64,000 bases of DNA from an uncultured Bacillota bacterium (GCA_937973635.1 CALJJZ010000017.1:66064-130063), one strand, 5' to 3'; counted from the stretch's first letter, positions 48,003 through 57,801 are shown. A program made the numbers and translations. The notes: a model not told the origin generated them from the sequence alone.

Positions 48003-48958
48003 TACGATCCCCCCTTGAGCAGCCCGGCCAGCGCTTCCGGTGTGCGCGGCGCAGCCGCCCCTTCTAGAATATATCCTTTTCCCTTTAAAAGGAGAAATAA
48101 CTGTAAAAGCAGCGGTTGTCCCAACCCTGCTGCTGCTAACATTTCACCTGCTTGAAAAACGTGTTCGGGCGGCCCGCTGCTTAAAAGCTTCCCTTTTTGC
48201 AGCACGATAACCTCTTCGGCCCAGCTGTAAGCCAGATCAGCGTCATGGGTGGAGATGATCACGGTGGTGCCTTTGGCGCTGATCTCATGGAGAAGCTCCA
48301 TCACTCTGCAGGCGTGCTGCCGATCCAGCCAGGCGGTGGGCTCATCGCCGATCAGTATCTCCGGCCGCATGGCCAGGACGGAGGCGATGGCTACCTGTTT
48401 TTTTTGACCGTAACTGAGCATGTGGGGTGCTTTCTGCTCCAGATCTTTAGTGCCGGTCAGGCACAGGGCCTCCTCTACCCGGACCAAGGCCTCCCTTTCC
48501 TCCAGCCCCAGGTTTAAGGGGCCAAAAGCTACTTCCTGGCGGACACTGGAGGCGAAAAGTTGTATTTCCGGATCCTGGAAAACAATTCCCAGACGGGAAC
48601 GCAGCCGCAGCAGAGATTTTTTATCGTAACGGAGCTCTTCTCCCCGGTAGAAGATCTTCCCCTGCCGGGGGCGCAGGAGGCCGTTGAGACAAAGAAAAAG
48701 CGTTGTTTTACCCGAACCGTTGGCCCCTAGGACAGCAATTCTTTTTCCCTCGGGCATGGCCAGGGAAAGTCCTTGGAGGGCCAAAGTCCCGTCAGGGTAG
48801 CTGTAGCTTAAGTCCCTGATTTCGATAATATTGCCGTCCATAATGCGCCTCCAGTCTCCGAGGGATTGACTTTCCAGATCTCCGGCCAAAAAGAAGGAGG
48901 CAGGCGGGGTTGTCCCCCGCATGCCGGAAGTAGAAAAAAACAATGGGTTTAAAAGCAC
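48002..48958 (-). CDS. cbiO: Cobalt ECF/ABC transporter ATPase CbiO
   Basis: Walker A GANGSGKTT, signature LSYGQKKQVA, Walker B LIGDEP; follows cbiQ. Confidence 0.85.
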   Translation of the reverse strand: MLLNPLFFSTSGMRGTTPPASFFLAGDLESQSLGDWRRIMDGNIIEIRDLSYSYPDGTLALQGLSLAMPEGKRIAVLGANGSGKTTLFLCLNGLLRPRQGKIFYRGEELRYDKKSLLRLRSRLGIVFQDPEIQLFASSVRQEVAFGPLNLGLEEREALVRVEEALCLTGTKDLEQKAPHMLSYGQKKQVAIASVLAMRPEILIGDEPTAWLDRQHACRVMELLHEISAKGTTVIISTHDADLAYSWAEEVIVLQKGKLLSSGPPEHVFQAGEMLAAAGLGQPLLLQLFLLLKGKGYILEGAAAPRTPEALAGLLKGGS

Positions 48959-48968
48959 CAGAATAAAA

Positions 48969-49739
48969 TCAAAAAGAAAATTGCGCCATGGCTACTAAAA
49001 GAACAACAGTTCCGCAGACAAAAAGCCAGTTGCGGGGGGAAAAGGCATAATACGTTTTCAAGGTAGGGAAAGTGCCCTCATAACAGCGGGAAAGGAGCCC
49101 TGCATGCATCATCTGGGAACGATAAAAGGACTTGTATAAAAGCCCTGCGGCCAGGCTTCCCAGGGATTTAAGAGCATTGCACCGGGAGGCATAGCCGAGG
49201 CGCGTCGCCTGGGCCGTGTAGATGCTCTGGGCTGTAGCGTACAGGATAAAGATAAAACGGTAGGTCAAGGCTGTCAGCTCCACCACGGCCGGCGGCAGTT
49301 TGGCTCGGCGCAGCAGCCATCCCAGCTGGTCGAAGGGGGTGGTCAGGGCCAGGAAATAAAGGGCACAAAGGGCGGCCAGGGAGCGCAGCAGCAGGTTTAC
49401 GGCCAGGGAAAGTCCAGCGGAGCCGATTCCCAGAGTAAAGGGTCCCACCGGCAAGATTAAGACGGCTGTCTCCGGCATAACGGGAAGCTCCAGCGCTACG
49501 GCCAGGCAGCCGGGCAACAGAAAAGCAAAGGGCAGGCATAAAAGCTTAAGGTAAAAGCCTAAAGGGATCTTTACGTAAAAGAGTATAAGGATGCTGAGGA
49601 GCAGGATGGCTGCCAGGGAAACCGTTTCCCGAGAAAAAAAGAGGCACAGACCCAGGCAGAGGAAGACGAAAACTGCCTTTTCCCCCGGGTGAGCATCTTT
49701 CAGCCTGTTATTGTGGGCGTACCAATCCAGCATAAACAT
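48969..49739 (-). CDS. cbiQ: Cobalt ECF transporter T component CbiQ
   Basis: Polytopic membrane protein with CbiQ conserved ...R... motif region; gene order cbiMNQO. Confidence 0.8.
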   Translation of the reverse strand: MFMLDWYAHNNRLKDAHPGEKAVFVFLCLGLCLFFSRETVSLAAILLLSILILFYVKIPLGFYLKLLCLPFAFLLPGCLAVALELPVMPETAVLILPVGPFTLGIGSAGLSLAVNLLLRSLAALCALYFLALTTPFDQLGWLLRRAKLPPAVVELTALTYRFIFILYATAQSIYTAQATRLGYASRCNALKSLGSLAAGLLYKSFYRSQMMHAGLLSRCYEGTFPTLKTYYAFSPRNWLFVCGTVVLLVAMAQFSF

Positions 49740-49790
49740 AACAGCGGGCTGCTCCTCCCATTTTTTTATTTACTCCAGTTTGTTACCCTT

Positions 49791-50105
49791 CTAGTGCGCT
49801 ATCCCCGCGGGTATCTTTGCTTTGTTGCCCCTCTCCCCGCGGCGGGCGCTAAGCCTCCCCAGGTAGTAACCAATAAAGAGGCTGCCGGCAGCGGCCTGCA
49901 GGGCAAAAAGCATGCTCTCTATTTCCCCGCTGGGCGGTTCCCAAAAGGGCTCGCGCCATGGTTCAAATTCCGGGTTAATCTCCAGAATTATCTCTTCAGC
50001 CATACCGTCTGCCCCCTCGAACGGCGCGTCCGGCGTGAGCAGTAAGGGCATGGCTGCCAGCAGGACAACGGCCAGAAACAAAAGCAGGTATGTACTTGTT
50101 TTCAC
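49791..50105 (-). CDS. cbiN: Cobalt transport protein CbiN
   Basis: About 100 aa, two TM helices flanking an extracytoplasmic loop; GTG start overlapping cbiM stop (GTGA). Confidence 0.75.
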   Translation of the reverse strand: MKTSTYLLLFLAVVLLAAMPLLLTPDAPFEGADGMAEEIILEINPEFEPWREPFWEPPSGEIESMLFALQAAAGSLFIGYYLGRLSARRGERGNKAKIPAGIAH

Positions 50106-50893
50106 TGTGCCTGCACCTCCTTGGGCCAATTTAGCAAAGTGCTGAGTTCCTGGTGATTGTAACTGTAAAGGAAATTAAAGACTATAACTGTTAAGATGGC
50201 CTCGCTGAGGGCCAGGGGGATCTGGGTGACGGCGAAAATTCCGGCAAACTTGAGAAACGACGCCGCCCAGCCGCCGCTTTCCATAGGGAAGGCGAGGGCG
50301 AGCTGCAGCGAGGTGACCAGGTAAGTAACCATATTTGCCATGAAAGCAGTGAGCGAGACGTTCAGCCAGCGGGGCAGGGAGAGCTTACGCCCCAGCATAA
50401 ATATGGCAAAAGCTGCCAGGGGGCCCGCTATGCCCATGGAGAAAACATTGGCGCCCAGGGTGGTTATGCCTCCGTGGGCTAGCAGGAGCGACTGGAAGAG
50501 AAGGACGATGGTGGAGATGAGGGAGATCACCAGCGGCCCGAAGAGGATTGTGCCCAGGCCGACGCCGGTGGGGTGGGAGCAGCTCCCTGTCACAGAGGGC
50601 ATTTTCAAGGCGGAAACGACGAAAACAAAAGCGGCGGCCAGCCCGAGCAGCATCTTGTAATTGGGGTTGGTGATGAGCAATCTGCTCAGGGAACGGTAGC
50701 CCAGGAAGACAAAGGGAAAACTCACCGCTGCCCAGAAAAGGGACCAGCCCCAGGGCAGGAAGCCTTCCATAATGTGCATGGCGCCGGCAGCCCGGGGTGA
50801 TAGGAGCACAAGCAGAAACGCCCCCCCGGAAAAGATCGACCCTTTGAGTACCTGTCTCTTATACGGGAAGTTGGACATTGACAGCACCTCCAT
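50102..50893 (-). CDS. cbiM: Cobalt ECF transporter S component CbiM
   Basis: Signal-like N-terminus followed by conserved AMHIMEGFLP N-terminal metal-binding motif. Confidence 0.85.
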   Translation of the reverse strand: MEVLSMSNFPYKRQVLKGSIFSGGAFLLVLLSPRAAGAMHIMEGFLPWGWSLFWAAVSFPFVFLGYRSLSRLLITNPNYKMLLGLAAAFVFVVSALKMPSVTGSCSHPTGVGLGTILFGPLVISLISTIVLLFQSLLLAHGGITTLGANVFSMGIAGPLAAFAIFMLGRKLSLPRWLNVSLTAFMANMVTYLVTSLQLALAFPMESGGWAASFLKFAGIFAVTQIPLALSEAILTVIVFNFLYSYNHQELSTLLNWPKEVQAQ

Positions 50894-50947
50894 AAAATTT
50901 GTCTGCTCCCGGCAAAAAAGCCGACCGTCGGCCTGCCGGGCTGTCCG

Positions 50948-51352
50948 TCAGCCCTGCCGCGGGAGAAGATCCGACATTTTTTCCGTTACCCTTGCAAAGA
51001 GAAGGGAGGCCAGGTGCGGGTCGCAGCCGAGGTGCCGGCACTGCACCAGTTCCAGGCCGGGATGGGCCTCCCTTGCCTGCGCGAGCATACGGGGCAGATC
51101 TTCCTTGATATGCACGCCGGCAGTCAGGAAAAAGGGCACCACGTAAACGACGGTGCAGCCCGCCGCCACGGCTTCTTTAACTGCTTCGTCCAGGTTTGGC
51201 CTGCCTCCCTGCAGGAAGGCGACGCCGCAAAAAAAACCAGACGCTTCCTTCTCCGCCAGCAGCTGCGCCAGCCTCAGGACTTCAGCATCGGCCTCGTCCA
51301 GGCGGCTGCCGTGGGCCAGCAGGATGATTCCTTTTTCGTTCAAGTCAAACAC
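50948..51352 (-). CDS. cbiX: Sirohydrochlorin cobaltochelatase, short form (CbiX-S)
   Basis: GIILLAHGSR...YVVPFFLTAGVH... CbiX motifs; GTG 51352 preferred over ORF track start 51424. Confidence 0.75.
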   Translation of the reverse strand: MFDLNEKGIILLAHGSRLDEADAEVLRLAQLLAEKEASGFFCGVAFLQGGRPNLDEAVKEAVAAGCTVVYVVPFFLTAGVHIKEDLPRMLAQAREAHPGLELVQCRHLGCDPHLASLLFARVTEKMSDLLPRQG

Positions 51353-51429
51353 GCCCCTTACCCCGGATAGATACAGGGATATAAAAGATAAAGGCTTTCC
51401 CGGAAGAAAAGCCTTTTCTGGCACGGCCT

Positions 51430-51735
51430 TTAAAACAAATAACCCTACCTTGCGCAGTAGGGGTTAGATACTTGTTCAGCCTGCAGTAACCTTCCCACCG
51501 AAGGAACTTTTTGCGCCTGAGAGGGCAGGTTTCCTGGCTCGCGTTTCAACTTACTCCCTGTTCCTTCCCGCCCGCACGCAACAACATTTAAACAGCTCTG
51601 CCAGAGCTATTTAAACGCTGCGCCGTGCCGGACAGTGGCCTTTGACAGGTTTCATCCTCGCTTACAGTAGCGGGGGCTGCAGGGGCTTTTCACCCCTTTC
51701 CCTTTTTGGCCCGCCGGGGGCACCCTTTCAGGAGG
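51430..51735 (-). ncRNA. Cobalamin riboswitch (minus strand) with terminator, leader of cbiX-cbiMNQO-hemA
   Basis: Minus strand reads AGGGTGCC...GGGAAAGGGGTGAAAAGCCCCTGCAGCCCCCGCTACTGTAAGCG...GGCCACTG...B12 box GAGCCAGGAAACCTGCC, then hairpin CCCTAC-N8-GTAGGG plus TTATTTGTTTT. Confidence 0.8.
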
Positions 51736-51813
51736 AATATTAAATTTTTCAGGCCCATTCTAACATAAATTAAAAGGCCGTGCAACAGCAACACAGGTAA
51801 AAATAAAAATGTT

Positions 51814-51842
51814 TTTACAAACTTCCGGCAATATGTTAAGAT
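51814..51842 (+). promoter_or_regulatory. Sigma-A promoter (TTTACA-17-TAAGAT) driving the plus-strand riboswitch
   Basis: TTTACA at 51814-51819 and TAAGAT at 51837-51842 in the AT-rich core between the two riboswitches. Confidence 0.45.
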
Positions 51843-51865
51843 GTGGGCAAGTAAATTAAAGTAAA

Positions 51866-52150
51866 TATTCCAGCAGGCTGGTGTGCCAGGCACTTAAAAT
51901 GGGAAGCCGGTGCAAATCCGGCGCGGTCCCGCCACTGTAAGCGCAGAGCCTGTCCCCGTTAAGCCACTGCCCGGCTTTTGACTTTGCTTCTGGGTGGGAA
52001 GGGGGGGGACGGGCAAGGAGACGCAAGCCAGGAGACCTGCCAGCCTGTAGTTGCAGCTCCCTTCGCGTGAAAGGGAAAGTGCTACTCTGTGCCACCATCC
52101 TGGCACATGCGATCCGGCTCCGGTACTTTTCACAGGAGCCGGATTTTTTG
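51866..52150 (+). ncRNA. Cobalamin riboswitch (plus strand) with terminator, leader of sirC-hemC-cobA/hemD-hemB-hemL-cbi operon
   Basis: GGTGTGCCAGG...GGGAAGCCGGTGCAAATCCGGCGCGGTCCCGCCACTGTAAGCG...B12 box AGCCAGGAGACCTGCC (52026-52042); terminator CCGGCTCC-N13-GGAGCCGG-ATTTTTTG (52114-52150). Confidence 0.8.
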
Positions 52151-52190
52151 TTGGCCGTTTAAACAAAGCGCTGCAAGGAGGTCTTATACC

Positions 52191-52877
52191 CTGGAAAATT
52201 ACTGTCCCTTGCTGCTGGATCTGCGGGGACGCCGCTGCTTGGTGGTCGGAGGGGGCAGGGTAGCCCTGCGCAAAGTCCGCACCCTCCTCCAGGCTGGGGC
52301 TCGTGTCCTGGTGGTCAGCCCTGCCCTCTGCGGGGAGCTGGAGGCGTTGGCTGCGGCGGGGGAAATTGCCTGGCAGAGGGAAAGCTACCAGGTCAGGCAC
52401 CTGCAGGGCGTTTTCCTGGCCTTGGGTTGCAGCGCTGCTCCTGCGGCAAACCGGCAGCTGGCAGCAGACTGCCGCGCCCGAGATCTCTTGGTAAATATTG
52501 CCGATGCACCTGAGCTTTGCAGTTTCTTTTTCCCTTCTGTGCTGAGCCGGGGCCCTTTGAGCGTTGCTGTCTCCACAGAAGGGGAAAGCCCTGCTCTGGC
52601 GCGACGGCTGCGTCTGGCCCTGGAGAAAAAGTTTCCCGCCACCTATGGCGAATATGTACGTTTTCTCGGCCAACTGCGCCGCCAAATCCTGGTGCAGGTA
52701 GAGGGGGCGCGGTGTAGGGAAGCCCTCCTGCGGGAGCTGGCGGGAGAAGCATTTTACCAGCGGTATTGCCGCCTTTCCCCGGCAGAACGGGAAAAGCAGG
52801 CGCAGGAATTGATCTCAAGGTATAAATCTAAAAGCAAGACGGCGAAAGGGAAACCGAACGGGGACCGGGCAAAATGA
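52191..52877 (+). CDS. sirC: Precorrin-2 dehydrogenase / sirohydrochlorin ferrochelatase (SirC / CysG N-domain-like)
   Basis: Rossmann LVVGGGRVALRK, 'siroheme synthase N-terminal' architecture; start uncertain (possible CTG 52191 after AAGGAGG; ORF track ATG 52089 lies inside the riboswitch). Confidence 0.7.
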   Translation: MENYCPLLLDLRGRRCLVVGGGRVALRKVRTLLQAGARVLVVSPALCGELEALAAAGEIAWQRESYQVRHLQGVFLALGCSAAPAANRQLAADCRARDLLVNIADAPELCSFFFPSVLSRGPLSVAVSTEGESPALARRLRLALEKKFPATYGEYVRFLGQLRRQILVQVEGARCREALLRELAGEAFYQRYCRLSPAEREKQAQELISRYKSKSKTAKGKPNGDRAK

Positions 52878-52914
52878 AGCAGGATCAAGGATAGAAAGGG
52901 GAGGGCGGGGCAGT

Positions 52915-53883
52915 TTGCGCCAAAAAATAATTGTGGGCAGCAGGGGCAGCAGCCTGGCCTTGCTCCAGGCTCAGCAGGTTATGGAGATGCTGCGGTGCAC
53001 GGCCCCGCAGCAGGAGTATATATTAAAAGAGATCAAAACGGAAGGGGACCTGGAACCACACCTCCCCCTGCAGCGTTTTGCAGGGACGGGGGTCTTTACA
53101 CGGGAGCTGGAAAAAGCCCTGCTGGCGGGGGAGATCGACCTGGCGGTGCACAGCCTCAAAGACCTGCCCACGGCGTTGCCACCGGGGGTAATGATCGGCG
53201 CCGTGCCCCTGCGGGAGGACCCCCGGGATATGCTGATCGGGCGCGGCGGCCTCGGGCTTAGGGAGTTGCCCCGGGGCGCCCGGGTGGGCAGCGGCAGCCT
53301 GCGCCGTATTTCCCAGCTGCGCCGCCTGCGCCCCGATTTGGAGTACTTGCCCCTGCGCGGCAACGTGGACACGCGGCTGCGCCGCCTGGATAGCGGCGAT
53401 TTTGAGGCTGTTATTATTGCCCGTGCGGCCATGGTGCGCCTGGGGCTGCCGCAGCAGGGGGAGCCCCTTTCCCCCGACGAATGTCTCCCTGCTCCGGGGC
53501 AGGGGGCGCTGGCGCTGCAGGTGCGGGCCAAAGACCGTGCCACGGCGGCGCTCCTGGCCCCCCTGGAGCATATCCCTACCCGTCTGGCTGTGGAAGGGGA
53601 GAGGTCCTTCCTGCGCCGTTTGCAGGCCGGCTGCCAGGTCCCTGCCGGTGCCCTAGGCGAGCTCCTGCCGGGGGATATTTTAAGGCTGCAGGGAGTTATC
53701 GCCTCCCTGGATGGCAGCACGGTGCTGCGGCACCGGCTGGAGGGGCCTGCCGCCGCCGCGCAGGAAATGGGCATCGCCCTGGCGGAGAAACTGCTGGAGC
53801 TTGGCGGGGCGGCCATCCTCGCGGCGGCAAGGCGGGAGTTTGGGCAAGGCGGCATGGAGACCTATGCCGGAGGACAGGGGTGA
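52915..53883 (+). CDS. hemC: Hydroxymethylbilane synthase (porphobilinogen deaminase)
   Basis: IIVGSRGSSLALLQA..., dipyrromethane cofactor Cys region; TTG start after AAAGGGGAGGG RBS. Confidence 0.9.
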   Translation: MRQKIIVGSRGSSLALLQAQQVMEMLRCTAPQQEYILKEIKTEGDLEPHLPLQRFAGTGVFTRELEKALLAGEIDLAVHSLKDLPTALPPGVMIGAVPLREDPRDMLIGRGGLGLRELPRGARVGSGSLRRISQLRRLRPDLEYLPLRGNVDTRLRRLDSGDFEAVIIARAAMVRLGLPQQGEPLSPDECLPAPGQGALALQVRAKDRATAALLAPLEHIPTRLAVEGERSFLRRLQAGCQVPAGALGELLPGDILRLQGVIASLDGSTVLRHRLEGPAAAAQEMGIALAEKLLELGGAAILAAARREFGQGGMETYAGGQG

Positions 53884-55418
53884 TAGGGACTGTGGTTAAA
53901 AATAAAGGCATAGTTTACCTGGTGGGGGCCGGTCCCGGTGACCCGGGGTTAATCACGGTGCGGGGCCTTAAGTGCATTGCCCGGGCCGAGGTGCTGGTCT
54001 ATGACCGCCTCGTTGCCCCCAGCCTGCTGGGCCATGCCCCGCCGGGGTGTGAGCTTATCTATGCGGGTAAAGGGCCCGCTGCCCACACTTTGAAACAAGA
54101 AGAGATCAACGCCGTCCTGCTGGCCCGGGCTAGGGCGGGGCGCATTGTCACCCGCCTTAAAGGGGGGGACCCGTTCCTCTTCGGCCGGGGCGGCGAAGAA
54201 GCCCTGTACCTAGCCCAGCACGGCATCCCCTTTGAAGTGGTCCCCGGGGTTACCTCGGCCCTGGCCGTCCCCGCCGCTGCGGGTATACCCGTCACCCACC
54301 GCGCCTTTAGCTCTAGCCTGGCCGTGGTTACCGGGCACAACGAGGCCGCCCGCGCGGAAGAGGACGCTGTCGCCTGGGATAAGCTGGCCACTGGGGCGGA
54401 GACGCTGGTGCTGCTCATGGGCCGGGCCAAACTGGCCGGGCTTACGGCAAAAATTATGGCCAACGGCCGCTCTCCCCGGACGCCGGCAGCCCTCATCTCC
54501 CGCGGCATGCTGCCGCAGCAGCGCATACTCTGCGCACCCTTAGAAGAGATCGCCGCCGCCGCAGAGGAGCAGGAGCTCCCTGCCCCGGCTGTGCTGGTAA
54601 TCGGCGAGGTGGTCCAGCTGCGGCAGCAGCTGGCCTGGCTGGAACGCAAACCCCTTTTTGGCCTCGGTATCGCCGTTACCCGCCCTCGGGAGCAGGCCGC
54701 GCCGTTTTCCGAGGCCGTTGCCGAGCTGGGGGGCTATCCCTTGGAGATCCCTCTCCTGTCCCTCGCCCCTCCTCTGGACACCGGCCCCCTGGACCAGGCG
54801 CTGTTGGAGCTCCATACTTACAACTGGATTATTTTTACCAGTGTAAACGGTGTAAAATATTTCCTGGTGCGGCTGCGCCAGCTGGGCCGGGATATTCGTG
54901 AGCTGAAAGGAGCGCGCCTCTGCGCCATCGGCCCGGCCACGGCTGCTGCCCTGGAGGAAAAGGGCCTGCGCGTGGAGGTTGTTCCCGGGGCTTACCGGGC
55001 CGAGGATTTATGGGAGCGACTCAAGGGCGAAATTAAAAAGGGGGAAACTGTGCTCTTGCCTCGCACGGCCGCTGCCCGCCCCTTTTTGCCCCGGGCCCTC
55101 GCTTCTCTGGGAGCCCGGGTAACGGAGGTGGAAGCTTACCGCACCCTGCCGGGGGAGGGCGATGGCGCCCTGCTGCGCCGCCTCCTTGAGGAGCGGCAGA
55201 TCCAGGTTATGACTTTTACCAGCCCCTCCACGGTGCAAAACTGCTTGGCCCTGCTGGGCGGCGAAACCAAGAAGCTGTTAGGAGGCGTGGCCCTGGCCAG
55301 CATTGGCCCCGTCACCACGGCGGCGGCCCGCAGCCTGGGCCTGGAGATAGAGATCGAAGCCGCCCGTTATACCATAGGCGGCCTGCTGCAGGCCATCGTT
55401 GCCTGGGCCGGCCGCTGA
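53880..55418 (+). CDS. cobA: Fused uroporphyrinogen-III C-methyltransferase / uroporphyrinogen-III synthase (CobA-HemD)
   Basis: N-terminal SUMT VYLVGAGPGDPGLITVRG...VLVYDRL, C-terminal HemD-like half; ORF track 5' extension (53481) overlaps hemC in another frame and is spurious. Confidence 0.85.
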   Translation: MIGTVVKNKGIVYLVGAGPGDPGLITVRGLKCIARAEVLVYDRLVAPSLLGHAPPGCELIYAGKGPAAHTLKQEEINAVLLARARAGRIVTRLKGGDPFLFGRGGEEALYLAQHGIPFEVVPGVTSALAVPAAAGIPVTHRAFSSSLAVVTGHNEAARAEEDAVAWDKLATGAETLVLLMGRAKLAGLTAKIMANGRSPRTPAALISRGMLPQQRILCAPLEEIAAAAEEQELPAPAVLVIGEVVQLRQQLAWLERKPLFGLGIAVTRPREQAAPFSEAVAELGGYPLEIPLLSLAPPLDTGPLDQALLELHTYNWIIFTSVNGVKYFLVRLRQLGRDIRELKGARLCAIGPATAAALEEKGLRVEVVPGAYRAEDLWERLKGEIKKGETVLLPRTAAARPFLPRALASLGARVTEVEAYRTLPGEGDGALLRRLLEERQIQVMTFTSPSTVQNCLALLGGETKKLLGGVALASIGPVTTAAARSLGLEIEIEAARYTIGGLLQAIVAWAGR

Positions 55419-55506
55419 AAGAGGTGACGGTGGATGGTTCTTCACCGCCGCCGGGTGGCCATAGCGTAAAAGTGTAAAACAGTAAAGAGGAAAGGAGCAG
55501 GAAAAG

Positions 55507-56490
55507 ATGCCCTACCCGCAGGAGAGGCCGCGCCGCCTGCGTCGCAGTGCCGCCATACGCCGCATGGTCCGGGAGACAGAGCTCCGGGTGACGGACTTGA
55601 TCTGTCCTTTTTTTGTAGTGGGCGGCCGCAACATCAAAACAGCGGTCCCGGCCATGCCTGGTATCTGCCAGCTCTCTGTGGACAACCTCCTCCAGGAGGT
55701 AAAGGAGCTCCAGGTCTTGGGCCTTCCGGCGGTCTTGCTTTTTGGCCTTCCCGGCCGCAAGGACGCCCTAGGCTCGGGGGCCTGGGACCGGGAAGGGCCG
55801 GTACCCCAGGCGGTGCAGGCCCTTAAAGACGCTTACCCTGAACTGGTGGTTATTACCGATGTCTGCCTCTGCGGTTATACAGAAAACGGCCACTGCGGCG
55901 TTACGCAAAAGGGCCAGATTCAGAACGACCTTACCCTTGAACTTCTGGCCAAAATAGCCCTCTGCCACGCGGCGGCGGGGGCCGATATTATTGCCCCTTC
56001 CGATATGATGGACGGGCGGGTAGGCGCCCTGCGTGCCGCCCTTGACGGCGAAGGATACAGCGAGGTAGCCATCCTCTCCTATGCCGTCAAATATGCCTCC
56101 GCTTTTTACGGGCCTTTTCGCCAGGCCGCGGACTGCGCCCCGTCCTTCGGCGACCGTACTACCTACCAGCTGGATCCGGCCAACGGCCGGGAAGCGATGC
56201 GGGAGGTCGTCCTTGACTTACAGGAAGGGGCGGATCTGCTTATGGTCAAGCCGGCGCTGCCGTACCTAGATATTGTGCGCCGCGTGCGGGAGGCCAGCAG
56301 CTGCCCTCTTGTTGCCTATAACGTGAGCGGCGAGTACGCCATGCTCAAGGCGGCGGCAGAGCGGGGCTGGCTGGAGGAGCGCCGTGCCGTGCTGGAAACG
56401 TTGCTCTGCATTAAGCGGGCGGGGGCTGATCTGATTATTACTTACCATGCTCTGGAGGCGGCCCGCTGGCTGTGGGCAGAGGAGAGGTAA
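55507..56490 (+). CDS. hemB: Porphobilinogen synthase (delta-aminolevulinic acid dehydratase)
   Basis: RPRRLRRS N-terminus, zinc-site CLCGYTENGHCG, active-site lysines; 327 aa. Confidence 0.9.
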   Translation: MPYPQERPRRLRRSAAIRRMVRETELRVTDLICPFFVVGGRNIKTAVPAMPGICQLSVDNLLQEVKELQVLGLPAVLLFGLPGRKDALGSGAWDREGPVPQAVQALKDAYPELVVITDVCLCGYTENGHCGVTQKGQIQNDLTLELLAKIALCHAAAGADIIAPSDMMDGRVGALRAALDGEGYSEVAILSYAVKYASAFYGPFRQAADCAPSFGDRTTYQLDPANGREAMREVVLDLQEGADLLMVKPALPYLDIVRRVREASSCPLVAYNVSGEYAMLKAAAERGWLEERRAVLETLLCIKRAGADLIITYHALEAARWLWAEER

Positions 56491-56511
56491 AGAAGCAAAG
56501 GGGATGATGGT

Positions 56512-57801
56512 GTGGGAGTTAAATCGCAGGCCCTTTTTAAGGAGGCGCAGCGCTACCTGCCCGGCGGCGTAAACAGCCCGGTGCGGGCTTTTCAGGCCGT
56601 GGGCGGCGACCCTCTTTTTATCAGCAAAGGGACGGGGAGCAGGATCTACGATGCCGACGGAGCCAGCTATATTGACTACGTTTGTTCCTGGGGCCCCCTA
56701 ATCCTGGGCCATGCCCACCCCCAGGTTGTGGCAGCCCTTAAGGAGGCGGCGGCCCGGGGGACCAGTTTCGGCGCCCCTACGGCCCTGGAGGTGGAGCTGG
56801 CCCGCGCCCTTGTGGAGGTGGTCCCTTCCCTGGAGCTGGTGCGCCTGGTCAATTCAGGGACGGAAGCGGCCGCCAGTGCCCTGCGCCTGGCCCGGGCCTA
56901 TACGGGGCGCCCGCTGATTGTTAAATTTGTCGGCTGTTACCACGGCCATGTGGATAGCCTGCTGATCAAGGCTGGCTCGGGGGTGGGCACCCTCGGCCTT
57001 CCCGACAGCCCTGGCGTAACCCTGGGGACGGCCCGGGACACCCTGGTATTGCCCTACAACGACCTTGTGCCGGTGCAGGAAGCCTTTGCCGCCCGGGGGG
57101 GAGAGATTGCCGCCGTGATCCTGGAGCCCGTTGCTGCCAACATGGGGGTGGTCCTGCCCCGGCCTGGTTTCCTGGAGGGGCTGCGTGAGCTTACCGCCCA
57201 TGCCGGCGCCCTGCTTATTTTTGACGAAGTGATTACTGGTTTCCGCCTCGGTCTGGGGGGAGCACAGGCATACTATGGGGTCATCCCGGACTTGACCATC
57301 TTGGGCAAGATCATCGGCGGCGGCCTGCCCGTGGGGGCCTATGGAGGGCGCAGGGAGATTATGGAGCTGGTAGCGCCCCTAGGGCCTGTTTACCAGGCGG
57401 GGACGCTTTCGGGCAACCCCCTGGCCTCAGCGGCGGGCCTGGCTACCTTGGATGTTTTACGCCAGCCCGGTATCTACAACCGGCTGGCGGAGCGGGGGAA
57501 GGAGCTCCGTGAAGGACTGGCCCGGCTGGCTGCGGCTGTCGGCGTCCCCGTAAAGGTGCAGGGGCTAGCGTCCCTCTTTACCGTTTTCTTTACAGAAGAG
57601 GAGGTATGGGACTATGAGCTGGCTGCCTCCTGCGACCGGCAGCGCTTCCGGCAATTTTTCCATCTCCTCTTGCAAAACGGTGTTTATTTCCCCCCTTCTC
57701 CGCTAGAGGCCTGTTTTCTCTCCCTGGCCCATACGGCAGAAGACCTGGCGGCAACCCTTGCGGCGGCGGAAAAAGCCTTTGCGGCGCTAAGAACAGAATA
57801 A
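56512..57801 (+). CDS. hemL: Glutamate-1-semialdehyde 2,1-aminomutase
   Basis: PLP aminotransferase class [12 protein letters not shown], pyridoxal lysine region; 429 aa. Confidence 0.9.
   Translation: MGVKSQALFKEAQRYLPGGVNSPVRAFQAVGGDPLFISKGTGSRIYDADGASYIDYVCSWGPLILGHAHPQVVAALKEAAARGTSFGAPTALEVELARALVEVVPSLELVRLVNSGTEAAASALRLARAYTGRPLIVKFVGCYHGHVDSLLIKAGSGVGTLGLPDSPGVTLGTARDTLVLPYNDLVPVQEAFAARGGEIAAVILEPVAANMGVVLPRPGFLEGLRELTAHAGALLIFDEVITGFRLGLGGAQAYYGVIPDLTILGKIIGGGLPVGAYGGRREIMELVAPLGPVYQAGTLSGNPLASAAGLATLDVLRQPGIYNRLAERGKELREGLARLAAAVGVPVKVQGLASLFTVFFTEEEVWDYELAASCDRQRFRQFFHLLLQNGVYFPPSPLEACFLSLAHTAEDLAATLAAAEKAFAALRTE

Noticed and set aside
52089-52190. ATG 52089 start for the sirC-like gene (ORF track start)
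   Set aside because: This N-terminal extension lies inside the cobalamin riboswitch and its terminator hairpin (52114-52150). The real start must be downstream, after the AAGGAGG at 52175.
53481-53879. 5' 400-nt extension of the cobA/hemD ORF (Arg/Gly/Pro-rich translation)
   Set aside because: It overlaps hemC in another frame. The conserved SUMT N-terminus VYLVGAGPGD begins just after the hemC stop, so the extension is a high-GC open-frame artefact.
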